Shown: piece after piece, positions 19,230 through 28,145 of the stretch
Numbering within the stretch: position 1 is the stretch's first letter
Layout of the letters: each line of letters opens with the position of its first letter
Assembly: GCA_035644475.1 (NCBI GenBank)
Contig: DASQOL010000030.1
Coordinates: forward strand, 6,646 to 70,645
Direction: 5' to 3'
Length of the DNA: 64,000 nucleotides
Source of the DNA: Gammaproteobacteria bacterium
GTDB taxonomy: Bacteria > Pseudomonadota > Gammaproteobacteria > Steroidobacterales > Rariloculaceae
The notes under the pieces: model-generated
Database searches by the model: none
What the model was told of the DNA's origin: nothing
Seen by the model: the letters and a program-made list of their open reading frames with translations, nothing else
Position numbers and translations under genes: made by a program

Positions 19230-20294
19230 ATGATGGCGGCACTTCCCGTCACGCTTCGTCCCATGAGCTCGCACCGACTCTGCGTCGCACCGATGATGGA
19301 CCGCACGGACCGGCACTTCCGGTACCTCTTGCGGCTGCTCGCGCCGCACGCGCGCCTGTACACCGAGATGATCACCGCGCGCGCGCTCCTTCATGGCGAC
19401 GCGCGACGGCTGCTCGAGTTCGACGCGGCCGAGCATCCGGTCGCTCTGCAGCTCGGCGGCAGCGAGCCGCACGAGCTCGCCGTCGCGGCTCGGCTCGGCG
19501 CCGACGCGGGTTACGACGAGATCAATTTGAACGTCGGCTGCCCGAGCGATCGGGTTCAGGCGGGCTGTTTCGGCGCGGCGCTGATGCGCACGCCCGGCGT
19601 CGTCGCCGACTGCGTGGCCGCCATGGGCGCCGCCGTCGCGGTTCCGATCACGGTCAAGACGCGGCTCGGCGTCGACGAGCACGACTCGTACGAGTTCCTT
19701 TGCGAGCTCGTCACGCGCGTGATCGGCGCCGGGTGCGGCACGCTGATCGTCCACGCGCGCAAAGCTTGGCTCAAGGGTCTCAGTCCGAGAGAGAACCGCG
19801 AGATTCCGCCGCTCGACCATCCTCGCGTCCATCGGCTGAAGGCGGACTTCCCGGGGCTTTGCGTCGTGATCAACGGCGGGCTCAAGTCGACCGCCGAGTG
19901 CGTCGCGCAGTTGGCGCGCGTCGACGGCGTCATGCTCGGCCGGGCGGCCGTGGACGACCTCGCGCTGCTCGCCGAGCTCGACGCGCTGATCTTCGACGTC
20001 GCGCCGCGACGGCTCGACGTCGCGCTCGATCATTTCCTGCGTTACGTCGACCGCGAGCTCGCGCGGGGCACGCCGCTGCGCTCGATGACGCGGCATCTGT
20101 TCGGTCTGCGCGCGGGCCGGCCCGGCGGCCGGCGTTGGCGCCGCGAGCTCACGCACCTGCCGCACGGATCGGCCGGGCTCGAGCGCTTGCACTCTCTCGC
20201 GGCCGATGTGGCGGCGTCGGAGCCACGGGATCCGAGACCCGCTGCGGCTGCGTCGCGCGAGGTCGCGGTTGAGCCCGCGTTCAACTGGTCCTAG
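19230..20294 (+). CDS. dusA: tRNA-dihydrouridine synthase A
   Basis: HRLCVAPMMDRTDRHFRYLLRLLAPHARLYTEMI...HPVALQLGGSEP...INLNVGCPSDRVQAGCFGAALM is the DusA signature. The start is ATG 19230, or alternatively ATG 19263. Confidence 0.85.
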   Translation: MMAALPVTLRPMSSHRLCVAPMMDRTDRHFRYLLRLLAPHARLYTEMITARALLHGDARRLLEFDAAEHPVALQLGGSEPHELAVAARLGADAGYDEINLNVGCPSDRVQAGCFGAALMRTPGVVADCVAAMGAAVAVPITVKTRLGVDEHDSYEFLCELVTRVIGAGCGTLIVHARKAWLKGLSPRENREIPPLDHPRVHRLKADFPGLCVVINGGLKSTAECVAQLARVDGVMLGRAAVDDLALLAELDALIFDVAPRRLDVALDHFLRYVDRELARGTPLRSMTRHLFGLRAGRPGGRRWRRELTHLPHGSAGLERLHSLAADVAASEPRDPRPAAAASREVAVEPAFNWS

Positions 20295-20371
20295 CTCGCG
20301 AGCGCCCTGCACGGCCGAGCGCGATCTCGCTACAATCCGGCAGACAAGATCAACGACGACGAGGTGCCGGG

Positions 20372-21193
20372 GTGAGCGCGAATCCGAAGAAGAAGGTGTC
20401 AGGCTCGATGGCGGAGCGGGCCGACGTCCACGAGCTCTACGAGCTGTCGGTCCAGGCCGTCGACGTCGAAGTCGAGTTTCTCCAGGACACGTTCCGCGCG
20501 CTGCGCGGCCGCGAGGCCGTGAGCTTTCGCGAGGACTTTTGCGGCACCGCGAGCGCCTCGTGCGAGTGGGCCCGCAGCGGCGCGAATCGGCACGCGGTGG
20601 GCGTCGACGTCGACGCAGCCGTGCTCGATTGGGGCCGCCGCAACCGCGTGGCGCGTCTGCCCGAATCCGCCCGCGCCCGGGTGAAGCTCTTGAACGACGA
20701 CGTGCGCAACGTCGACACGGATCCCGTCGACCTCGTCGGTGCGTTCAACTTCAGCTACTACTGCTTCAAGACGCGCGCCGAGATGCGCCACTATTTCTCG
20801 CGCGTGCGCGCGGCGCTCGAGCCGGACGGCGTGTTCTTCCTCGACGCGTTCGGCGGCCCGGACGCATCGGATATCCAGAAGGAGAAGACCAAGCTCGACG
20901 GCTTCACGTACGTCTGGGATCAAGCCGTCTTCGAGCCCGTGACGAACCGCATCGTCTGCCACATCCATTTCAAGTTCCCCGACGGATCCAAGATCAAGAA
21001 GGCCTTCACCTACGACTGGCGGCTGTGGACGTTGCCGGAGCTACGCGAGCTCCTCGAGGAGGCCGGCTTCCGCAAGAGCCGCATCTACTGGGAGGGGGAC
21101 GACGGCGAAGGCGGCGGCAACGGCGAGTTTACCGAGCACGCGACGGGAGAAGCGGATCTCGCTTGGATCGCATACATCGTCGCCGAAAAGTGA
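20372..21193 (+). CDS. Class I SAM-dependent methyltransferase (unknown substrate)
   Basis: FREDFCGTASASCEWARSG..AVGVDVD is a variant motif I plus an acidic loop. DLVGAFNFSYYCF and FFLDAFGG are Rossmann-fold methyltransferase blocks. The start is uncertain (GTG 20372 or ATG 20408). Confidence 0.6.
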   Translation: MSANPKKKVSGSMAERADVHELYELSVQAVDVEVEFLQDTFRALRGREAVSFREDFCGTASASCEWARSGANRHAVGVDVDAAVLDWGRRNRVARLPESARARVKLLNDDVRNVDTDPVDLVGAFNFSYYCFKTRAEMRHYFSRVRAALEPDGVFFLDAFGGPDASDIQKEKTKLDGFTYVWDQAVFEPVTNRIVCHIHFKFPDGSKIKKAFTYDWRLWTLPELRELLEEAGFRKSRIYWEGDDGEGGGNGEFTEHATGEADLAWIAYIVAEK

Positions 21194-21303
21194 CAGCCCG
21201 GTTCGGCGTCCGCGGCCGAGCATGAATGCACTACGGCACGTGACTGCTCGTCGATGCATCGACCACGAAAGTTGCAGCGCGGCGTCGGCCTGCGCCATTG
21301 GCG

Positions 21304-21309
21304 TATAAT
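21304..21309 (+). promoter_or_regulatory. Candidate -10 hexamer (TATAAT) for the cyclase-FHA gene
   Basis: A perfect TATAAT lies in an otherwise GC-rich spacer, ~40 nt upstream of ATG 21351. There is no convincing -35 at 17-bp spacing. Confidence 0.3.
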
Positions 21310-21350
21310 CGCCGGCGGCTCCCCTCGGATGCGCACTCAAGAAGGAAGCC

Positions 21351-22253
21351 ATGGGTAAGGACATCGAGGTTGCGATTCTGTTCGCCGACGTGGTGGGCAG
21401 CACGCAGCTTTACGAGCAGCTCGGCGACGCCAAGGCACGCGAGATGGTGGGGCGTTGCCTCGACATCATGCGCGAGGCCACGGAAGCCAACAAAGGCACC
21501 GTCATCAAGACGATGGGCGACGAGGTGATGTCGACCTTCCCGACGCCCGACGACGCCATGAACGCGGCCAAGCGCATGCAGGAGAAGATCTCCACCGACT
21601 CCGAGCTCGCGCACGAGAACGGCCACGTCGCGATCCGGATCGGTTGCCACTTCGGGCCGGTCGTGCAGGAGCAGCGCGATATCTTCGGCTCCGCGGTCCA
21701 TACGGCGAACCGCATGACGAGCCAGGCCAAGGCCAAGCAGATCATCACCACGCTGTCGACGGTGGAACGGCTGTCGCCCGAGTGGCAGTCCACCGCGCGG
21801 CAGATCGACATCGCGACCGTTCGCGGCAAGGCCGACGAGGTGGTGCTCTTCGAGGTGCTGTGGCAGCCCGAGGAAGCCACGAGCATGCTGCCCACCGTGG
21901 GCCTCGGCCGCAACAAGAGCGTCCGGCCGAAGCGCCTCTCGCTGCGCTATCAGGGCCGTGAGGTGACGGTCGGCGAGGGCCGCAAGAGCGCGACGCTCGG
22001 CCGCGCGGAAGACAACGACGTCGTCGTCAAGGGCAATCTGATCTCACGCGTGCATGCCCGCGTGGAGGCGAGCCGCGACAAGTTCACGCTCGTCGACGAG
22101 AGCACCAACGGCACGTTCGTCCAAACCAACGCCGGCGAGGAAATCTTCGTGCGCCGCGATAGCACCCAACTCACAGGCGAAGGCGTCATCGGCCTCGGCC
22201 GCGTCGCGCAGCCCGGCACGGCCTTAGCCGTCCACTACGTAGTCGAAGAGTAG
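21351..22253 (+). CDS. Class III adenylate/guanylate cyclase domain fused to a C-terminal FHA domain
   Basis: VAILFADVVGSTQLYE, VIKTMGDEVMSTF and GCHFGPVV..DIFGSAVHTANRM are cyclase catalytic blocks. ATLGRAEDNDVVV..ISRVHARVE...DESTNGTFV is the FHA GR..S..H..NG pattern. A strong RBS (AGAAGGAAG) precedes the start. Confidence 0.8.
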   Translation: MGKDIEVAILFADVVGSTQLYEQLGDAKAREMVGRCLDIMREATEANKGTVIKTMGDEVMSTFPTPDDAMNAAKRMQEKISTDSELAHENGHVAIRIGCHFGPVVQEQRDIFGSAVHTANRMTSQAKAKQIITTLSTVERLSPEWQSTARQIDIATVRGKADEVVLFEVLWQPEEATSMLPTVGLGRNKSVRPKRLSLRYQGREVTVGEGRKSATLGRAEDNDVVVKGNLISRVHARVEASRDKFTLVDESTNGTFVQTNAGEEIFVRRDSTQLTGEGVIGLGRVAQPGTALAVHYVVEE

Positions 22254-22292
22254 CGACGGGCAGTTCCCGTTCCGTCGGCTGACCCCGAGCGT

Positions 22293-24035
22293 TTAGGTGA
22301 GGGCGCTCAGCACCTTCCGGTGCTCGGCCTCGAGCTCCTTCGGCAGTCGGTCGCCGAACTCGGCGAAGTACTCGGCGATGTGCTCCATCTCCGCACGCCA
22401 TTGACCGCGGTCGACCGCGAGCAGCTGCTCGAGAGTACCGTTCGACACCTCGAGGCCCTTCAAGTCGATGTCACCCGGCTTCGGCAGGTAGCCGATGGGC
22501 GTTTCGACGGCGGCGACCTTGTTGTCGCAGCGCTCGATGATCCAGCGCAGCACGCGCAGGTTCTCGCCGAACCCCGGCCACAGGAACTTGCCGTTGGCGT
22601 CGCGGCGGAACCAGTTGACGTGGAAGATCTTCGGCAGGCTCTGCGAGCGCTTGGCGAAGCTCAACCAGTGCGCCCAATAATCGCCGTAGTTGTAGCCGCA
22701 GAATGGCTTCATGGCCATCGGGTCGCGGCGCACCACGCCGACCTTGCCGGTCGCGGCCGCGGTGGTCTCGGAGGCCACGCTCGCGCCGACGAGCACGCCG
22801 TGCGCCCAGTCCTTGGCCTGGTAGACGAGCGGCGCGAGCTCGCGGCGGCGGCCGCCGAACACGAGCGCCGAGATCGGAACGCCCTCGGGGGCTTCCGCGA
22901 GCTTCGAGTAGCTCGGGTTTTGCTTGGCTGACACCGTGAAGCGCGAGTTCGGGTGAGCGGCAGGACCGTTCGCGGCCGCGTAAGGCCGGCCGACCCAGTC
23001 CGTCACCGGCGCGCCTTCGCCTTTCTCCTCCCACCACGGGTCGTTGTTGGCGGTCAGCGCGACGTTCGTGAAGATCGTGTCCTTGCCGATCATCTCGAAC
23101 GCATTGCGGTTGGTTTGGGGGTTGGTGCCCGGCACGACGCCGAAGTAGCCGGCCTCCGGGTTGATGGCGCGGAGCTGGCCGTCGGGACCGAGATGCATCC
23201 AGGCGATGTCGTCGCCGAGCGTCCAGACCTTCCAGCCCTTCTGGCTCGCGGGTGGGATCAGCATCGCGAGGTTGGTCTTGCCGCACGCCGACGGGAAAGC
23301 GCAGGCGAGGTAGTGGGTGTCGCCGGCAGGGCTCTGCACGCCGACGATCAGCATGTGCTCCGCGAGCCAGCCCTCGGTGCGGGCCTGATAGCTCGCGATC
23401 CTGAGCGCGTGGCATTTCTTGCCGAGCAACGCGTTGCCGCCGTAGCCCGAGCCGTAGCTCATGATCGCGAGCTCCTCGGGGAAGTGCATGATGTAGCGGC
23501 GTTCCGGATCGAGCTCGCCCGTCGAATGCAGGCCTCTGACGAAGGTTTTGTCTTTTTCGATTCGTTTGAGCGCGGGTTTGCCGATCCGCGTCATTAAATA
23601 CATGTTCGCGACGACGTACGCGCTGTCGGTGATCTCGACGCCGCAGCGCGCGTACGGCGAGTCGATCGGCCCCATGCAGTACGGAATCACGTACATCGTG
23701 CGGCCGCGCATGCTGCCGGCGAAGCACGACTTCATGAGGTCCTTGGCCTCGTCCGGCGGCATCCAGTTGTTGTTCGGACCGGAGTCCGTCTTGTCCCGGG
23801 CGCAGACGAAGGTCAGGTGCTCGACCCGTGCGACGTCCTCGGGGTCGGACCGGTGCAAGTAGCAGCCGGGATAGTGTTGCTGGTTGAGCTCCAGCAGCGT
23901 GCCGCTGTCGAGCATCTCGTCGAGCAGCTTGCGGTATTCCTGGTCGGTGCCATCGCACCAGTGGATTCGGTCGGGTCGTGTAAGCTCGGCTACCTCAGCG
24001 ACCCAGTCGCTGAGACTCTTGAGACGCGTCGTCAT
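22293..24035 (-). CDS. pckG: Phosphoenolpyruvate carboxykinase (GTP)
   Basis: MTTRLKSLSDWVAEVAELTRPDRIHWCDGTDQEY...; FPSACGKTNLAML (kinase-1a); WMHLGPDG; the YFGVVPGT region. The longer 831-aa ORF extension is Arg-rich noise. Confidence 0.9.
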   Translation of the reverse strand: MTTRLKSLSDWVAEVAELTRPDRIHWCDGTDQEYRKLLDEMLDSGTLLELNQQHYPGCYLHRSDPEDVARVEHLTFVCARDKTDSGPNNNWMPPDEAKDLMKSCFAGSMRGRTMYVIPYCMGPIDSPYARCGVEITDSAYVVANMYLMTRIGKPALKRIEKDKTFVRGLHSTGELDPERRYIMHFPEELAIMSYGSGYGGNALLGKKCHALRIASYQARTEGWLAEHMLIVGVQSPAGDTHYLACAFPSACGKTNLAMLIPPASQKGWKVWTLGDDIAWMHLGPDGQLRAINPEAGYFGVVPGTNPQTNRNAFEMIGKDTIFTNVALTANNDPWWEEKGEGAPVTDWVGRPYAAANGPAAHPNSRFTVSAKQNPSYSKLAEAPEGVPISALVFGGRRRELAPLVYQAKDWAHGVLVGASVASETTAAATGKVGVVRRDPMAMKPFCGYNYGDYWAHWLSFAKRSQSLPKIFHVNWFRRDANGKFLWPGFGENLRVLRWIIERCDNKVAAVETPIGYLPKPGDIDLKGLEVSNGTLEQLLAVDRGQWRAEMEHIAEYFAEFGDRLPKELEAEHRKVLSALT

Positions 24036-24098
24036 GGATGAAGGATCTAGCCCGGGTAAATGATGGAGCGCCGTAGTATACCGTGCGGCAGCTTGGGA

Positions 24099-24698
24099 AT
24101 GCGTGAGCCGCAACCCGCGCCGTTGCTGCGCTTGCGACCTGTGGCTCGTGTCGTGCGAGCAGCACGTTCGAGCCGCGGACGGCGGCCGGGGCTCGGCGGC
24201 GCAGCGCGTCTCGGAGTCCTCGCGCTCGCCGCCCTGGCGGCGGCAGGAGCGGCCGCGCAACGCGGCGGCGAAGGGGCGGCGTCCGGGCTCGAGGTCCGCA
24301 CGCTGGTCGAGAAGCTCGCGGCGGGAGCCGGCGGGGCCGGCGCGCCGCTCGTGGCGCTGCCGCCGACGGTCGCGCCGGAGCCCGGCGACGAGCTCGTCTA
24401 TACCGTGAGGTTCAAGAACGCGAGCGGCAGGCTCGTCGACGACGTGCGGATCACGAAGCCCATTCCCGCCGAGGTGCGTTACGTTGCAGGTAGCGCGTCC
24501 GGCCCGGGTTGCGAGGTGTTGTTCTCGGTGGACGGGGGGCGGATCTTCGGTCAGCCGAACGAGCTCTCGGTGGCCGTCGAGGACGGGAGGCGCCGCGCCG
24601 CCGGACCCGACGACTACACGCACATCCGCTGGCGCCTCCGAACGCCGTTCGCCGCCGACGCGACCGGGTTCGTGCGGTTCCGCGCGGTCGCCCGCTGA
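24099..24698 (+). CDS. Secreted protein with a DUF11-like conserved repeat domain
   Basis: Signal-like LGVLALAALAAAGAAAQ. PGDELVYTVRFKNASGRLVDDVRITKPIPAEVRYVAGSASG resembles the DUF11/TIGR01451 repeat. The start is uncertain (24060/24063/24099). Confidence 0.45.
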   Translation: MREPQPAPLLRLRPVARVVRAARSSRGRRPGLGGAARLGVLALAALAAAGAAAQRGGEGAASGLEVRTLVEKLAAGAGGAGAPLVALPPTVAPEPGDELVYTVRFKNASGRLVDDVRITKPIPAEVRYVAGSASGPGCEVLFSVDGGRIFGQPNELSVAVEDGRRRAAGPDDYTHIRWRLRTPFAADATGFVRFRAVAR

Positions 24699-24768
24699 GT
24701 TTCTGGGCGAACCGCCTAGGATCCGCCGCTCGCGCGCGCCCACGTTCGGGCTATAGTGGCCCCTCTCC

Positions 24769-26706
24769 ATGCTCGACCTTGCCGACATCTTCAGCCCGGG
24801 CGGCGCGCTCGCCGCACGCCTGCCGGGTTTCAGCTATCGCGAGGCGCAGGAGCGGATGGCGCAGCTCGTCGCGGCTGCGCTCGACAGCGGCCGGCACGTG
24901 GCGATCGAAGCCGGTACGGGCATCGGCAAGACCTTCGCCTACCTGTTGCCCGTGCTGCTGTCGGGCCGCCACGCGATCATCTCGACCGGCACCCGCACGC
25001 TCCAAGATCAGTTGTTCGCGCGCGATCTGCCGCTGCTCGGCGCCGTCGTGGGCCGGCCGGCGCGCGTGGCTCTGCTCAAGGGCCGCAACAACTATCTGTG
25101 CTGGCACCGCCTGGAGAACGCGCGGCACGACGGCACGCGCGACGCGGAGACCGTGGCGGCGCTGCGCGCGCTCGCCGAGTGGGGCCGCGCCAGCGACAGC
25201 GGTGACCTAACGGAGCTCGAGGACCTCGCGGAGGATCACGCGCTGCGCTCCACGGTCACGTCGACCGTCGACAACTGTCTCGGCAGCCGTTGCGAGCACT
25301 ACGACAGCTGCTTCGTCGTCGAGGCGCGCCGGCGCGCGCAGGCGGCCGACATCGTGATCGTCAATCACCACTTGCTGCTCGCGGACCTGGCTCTCAAGGA
25401 AAACGGCTTCGGCGAGCTCTTGCCCGGCGCCGACGCAGTGATCGTCGACGAAGCCCATTTGTTGCCCGACATCGCCCAGCAGTTCTTCGGCGTCACGCTC
25501 GGCACGCGCGAGCTCGAGGCGCTCGGCCGCGACTTGTACAGCGAAGCGCTGACCGCGGGCGTCGGCGCGGAAGTCGGGGAGGCGCTCGGGTCGCTCGGCC
25601 GGCTCATCTTCGGGCTGCGGCACGCCGCCGCGCCGGCAGCGGGGCGCTTGCCGTGGCCCGCGGCACCCGCGGCGCTCCGCGACGCGCTTGCCGACGGCCG
25701 GCAGGTGCTCGACGAGCTCGCCGCGTTGCTCGAGTCGCTGGCGGACGCGAGCGCCGGCCTCCGGCAATGCGCGGAGCGCTGCGCCGACGGCGCCGCGCGT
25801 CTGCGTACGATCGTCGTCGCCGACGCGGACCTGGGCCTCCGCTGGGTCGACTGCGGGGCCGGCAACGTCGCCGCGCATTGGACGCCGCTCGACGTCGGCA
25901 CGGCGTTGGCTGCGAGGATCGAGGCTCAGGGCGGCGCCTGGGTGTTCGCCTCGGCGACGCTCGCCGTCGGCAACGACTTCGCGCACTTCCTCGGCCGCGT
26001 CGGTCTGCGCGACGCGCTCACGACGGTGCTGCCGAGCCCGTTCGACTACGCGCGCAATGCGCGCGTCTACATACCCCAGGGTCTGCCCGATCCCAGCGAT
26101 GAGGTCTACGTCGAGAGCCTGATGGCCGCGGCGTGGCCACTCGTCGAAGCCGCGGGTGGCGGCGCGTTCCTGCTGTTCACGAGCTACCGCGCGCTGCAGC
26201 GCGCGCAGTCGTGGATCGAGCGCCAGGCGTTGCCGGGGCGGTTGCTCGTTCAGGGCCGCGGCTCGCGCAGCGAGCTCCTGAACGACTTTCGCGCGGAGGG
26301 CAACGCGATTCTGCTCGGCACGGGCAGCTTCTGGCAGGGCGTCGACGTGCGCGGCCCGGCGCTGCGGCTCGTGCTCATCGACAAGCTGCCGTTCGCCGTG
26401 CCGAGCGATCCGCTCGTGCAGGCGCGCATCGAGGCGATCCGCCGCGTCGGCGGCGATCCGTTCAACGAGTTTCAGCTGCCGCACGCGGTGCTCGCGCTCA
26501 AGCAGGGAGCGGGGCGTTTGATTCGCGACTTCGACGATCGCGGCTTGATCGTGCTCGGCGACCCGCGCTTGCGCAGCCGCTCCTACGGACGCACGTTCCT
26601 CGCGAGCCTGCCGCCGATGCCGCTCTTGGAGGAGCTCGGCGACGCGCTCGAGTTCGCGGCTACGCTCGCCGCGCCCCGCGAGCTGCCGGCCGCGGCCGCG
26701 TCATGA
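24769..26706 (+). CDS. yoaA: ATP-dependent DNA helicase, YoaA (DinG/XPD family, Fe-S)
   Basis: GFSYREAQERMAQLV..VAIEAGTGIGKTFAYLLP; LLKGRNNYLC; the Cys cluster NCLGSRCEHYDSCF; VIVDEAHLLPD (DEAH). It is colinear with E. coli YoaA as recalled. Confidence 0.85.
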   Translation: MLDLADIFSPGGALAARLPGFSYREAQERMAQLVAAALDSGRHVAIEAGTGIGKTFAYLLPVLLSGRHAIISTGTRTLQDQLFARDLPLLGAVVGRPARVALLKGRNNYLCWHRLENARHDGTRDAETVAALRALAEWGRASDSGDLTELEDLAEDHALRSTVTSTVDNCLGSRCEHYDSCFVVEARRRAQAADIVIVNHHLLLADLALKENGFGELLPGADAVIVDEAHLLPDIAQQFFGVTLGTRELEALGRDLYSEALTAGVGAEVGEALGSLGRLIFGLRHAAAPAAGRLPWPAAPAALRDALADGRQVLDELAALLESLADASAGLRQCAERCADGAARLRTIVVADADLGLRWVDCGAGNVAAHWTPLDVGTALAARIEAQGGAWVFASATLAVGNDFAHFLGRVGLRDALTTVLPSPFDYARNARVYIPQGLPDPSDEVYVESLMAAAWPLVEAAGGGAFLLFTSYRALQRAQSWIERQALPGRLLVQGRGSRSELLNDFRAEGNAILLGTGSFWQGVDVRGPALRLVLIDKLPFAVPSDPLVQARIEAIRRVGGDPFNEFQLPHAVLALKQGAGRLIRDFDDRGLIVLGDPRLRSRSYGRTFLASLPPMPLLEELGDALEFAATLAAPRELPAAAAS

Positions 26707-27380
26707 AGCTGCTCGGCATCGAGACTTCGAGCGCGGCCGGCTCGGTCGCGTTGCGGCTGCCGGAGGGGATCGCCGTGCGGACGATCGCGACGCCTCGCGA
26801 GCAGACCGAGCGGTTGCTCGCGCTCGCGGACGAGTTGCTCGCCGACGCCGGGCTTACGCTCCGCGCGCTCGACGGGATCGCCTTCGGCCGCGGGCCGGGC
26901 TCGTTCTCGGGCCTGCGCGTGGCCGCGGCCGTGGCCCAGGGTTTCGCGGCCCCGAGCGGCGTGCCGCTGCTGCCGGTGTCGAGCCTGCTGTGCCTCGCGC
27001 AAGGGGCGTTTCGAACGGCCGGGGCGCGCCGTTCGCTCGTCTGCGTCGACGCGCACATGGGCGAAGCGTATTGGGGCGAGTTCGAGGTGCGCGACGGCCT
27101 TGCCGAGCCGGCCGGTCCGGAGCGGCTCGGGGCGCCCGCCGAGATCGCGCCCGCTTGGGCTGCCGGCTGGACCGCGGTCGGCGACGGCCTCGCCGCGCAC
27201 CGGGCGGCGCTCGAGGCGCTCGCCACCTCGGCTGAGCGCGTGCTGCCCGACTTGAAGCCCGCCGCGGAGGACCTGTTCCCCCAGGCGGAGCGCGACCTCG
27301 CGGCCGGCCGCGCCGTGGGGGCCGCCCAGGCGCTGCCGGTGTACCTGCGCGAGCACACGGCGTGGCGGCGCAGCTCTTAA
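26703..27380 (+). CDS. tsaB: tRNA t6A37 biosynthesis protein TsaB
   Basis: MKLLGIETSSAAGSVAL...LDGIAFGRGPGSFSGLRVAAAVAQGFA. The ATG overlaps the yoaA stop (ATGA). Confidence 0.85.
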   Translation: MKLLGIETSSAAGSVALRLPEGIAVRTIATPREQTERLLALADELLADAGLTLRALDGIAFGRGPGSFSGLRVAAAVAQGFAAPSGVPLLPVSSLLCLAQGAFRTAGARRSLVCVDAHMGEAYWGEFEVRDGLAEPAGPERLGAPAEIAPAWAAGWTAVGDGLAAHRAALEALATSAERVLPDLKPAAEDLFPQAERDLAAGRAVGAAQALPVYLREHTAWRRSS

Positions 27381-27441
27381 CCAGACTGTAATATTGGTCG
27401 ACTCTAATGGGCGCGAAGGGATCTCACCCGATGAGCGGCCG

Positions 27442-28134
27442 ATGACCCAGAAGAAAATCCTCGTGGTCGAGGACGAGCAACCGATTCGTGACATGCTCTC
27501 GTTCAATCTGGGGCGGGCGGGTTACGAAGTCCGGCCCGCGGGCGACGGGCACCAGGCACGCGCGGCGATCGCGGACGGCCATCCCGACCTCGTGCTGATG
27601 GACTGGATGCTGCCGGACATCAGCGGGCTCGAGCTCACCCGTCAGCTCAAGCGCGACCCCCACACGCGCGAGATCCCCGTGATTATGTTGACCGCGCGCG
27701 TCGAGGAAGACGATCGCGTCGCGGGCCTCGACGGCGGCGCCGACGACTACATCGTGAAGCCGTTCTCCCAGCGCGAGCTGCTCGCGAGGATCCGTGCGGC
27801 GTTGCGGCGCTCGACCGTGGCCGAGGGCGAGGTCGTGAACGTCGGCCAACTCAAGCTCGACGCGGCGAGCCACCAGGTCACCGTGAACGGAGCGGAGATC
27901 GCGCTCGGCCCCACGGAATACCGTCTGCTCGAGTTCTTCATGCATCACCCCGACCGGGTCTACAGCCGGGCGCAGCTGCTCGACCGCGTCTGGGGCGGCA
28001 ACGTCTACGTCGAGGAGCGCACGGTCGACGTGCACATCCGCCGGCTGCGCAAGGCGCTCACCCCCTACGGATACGATAAACTGATTCGTACCGTACGCGG
28101 CGCGGGCTACCGGTTCTCACCCGGGCAGACGTAA
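27442..28134 (+). CDS. phoB: Phosphate regulon response regulator PhoB
   Basis: MTQKKILVVEDEQPIRDMLSFNL..DLVLMDWMLPDISGLE..IPVIMLTAR..DDYIVKPFS plus a winged-helix C-terminus VDVHIRRLRKAL...IRTVRGAGYRF. Confidence 0.9.
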   Translation: MTQKKILVVEDEQPIRDMLSFNLGRAGYEVRPAGDGHQARAAIADGHPDLVLMDWMLPDISGLELTRQLKRDPHTREIPVIMLTARVEEDDRVAGLDGGADDYIVKPFSQRELLARIRAALRRSTVAEGEVVNVGQLKLDAASHQVTVNGAEIALGPTEYRLLEFFMHHPDRVYSRAQLLDRVWGGNVYVEERTVDVHIRRLRKALTPYGYDKLIRTVRGAGYRFSPGQT

Positions 28135-28145
28135 ATGCAGCAGAC

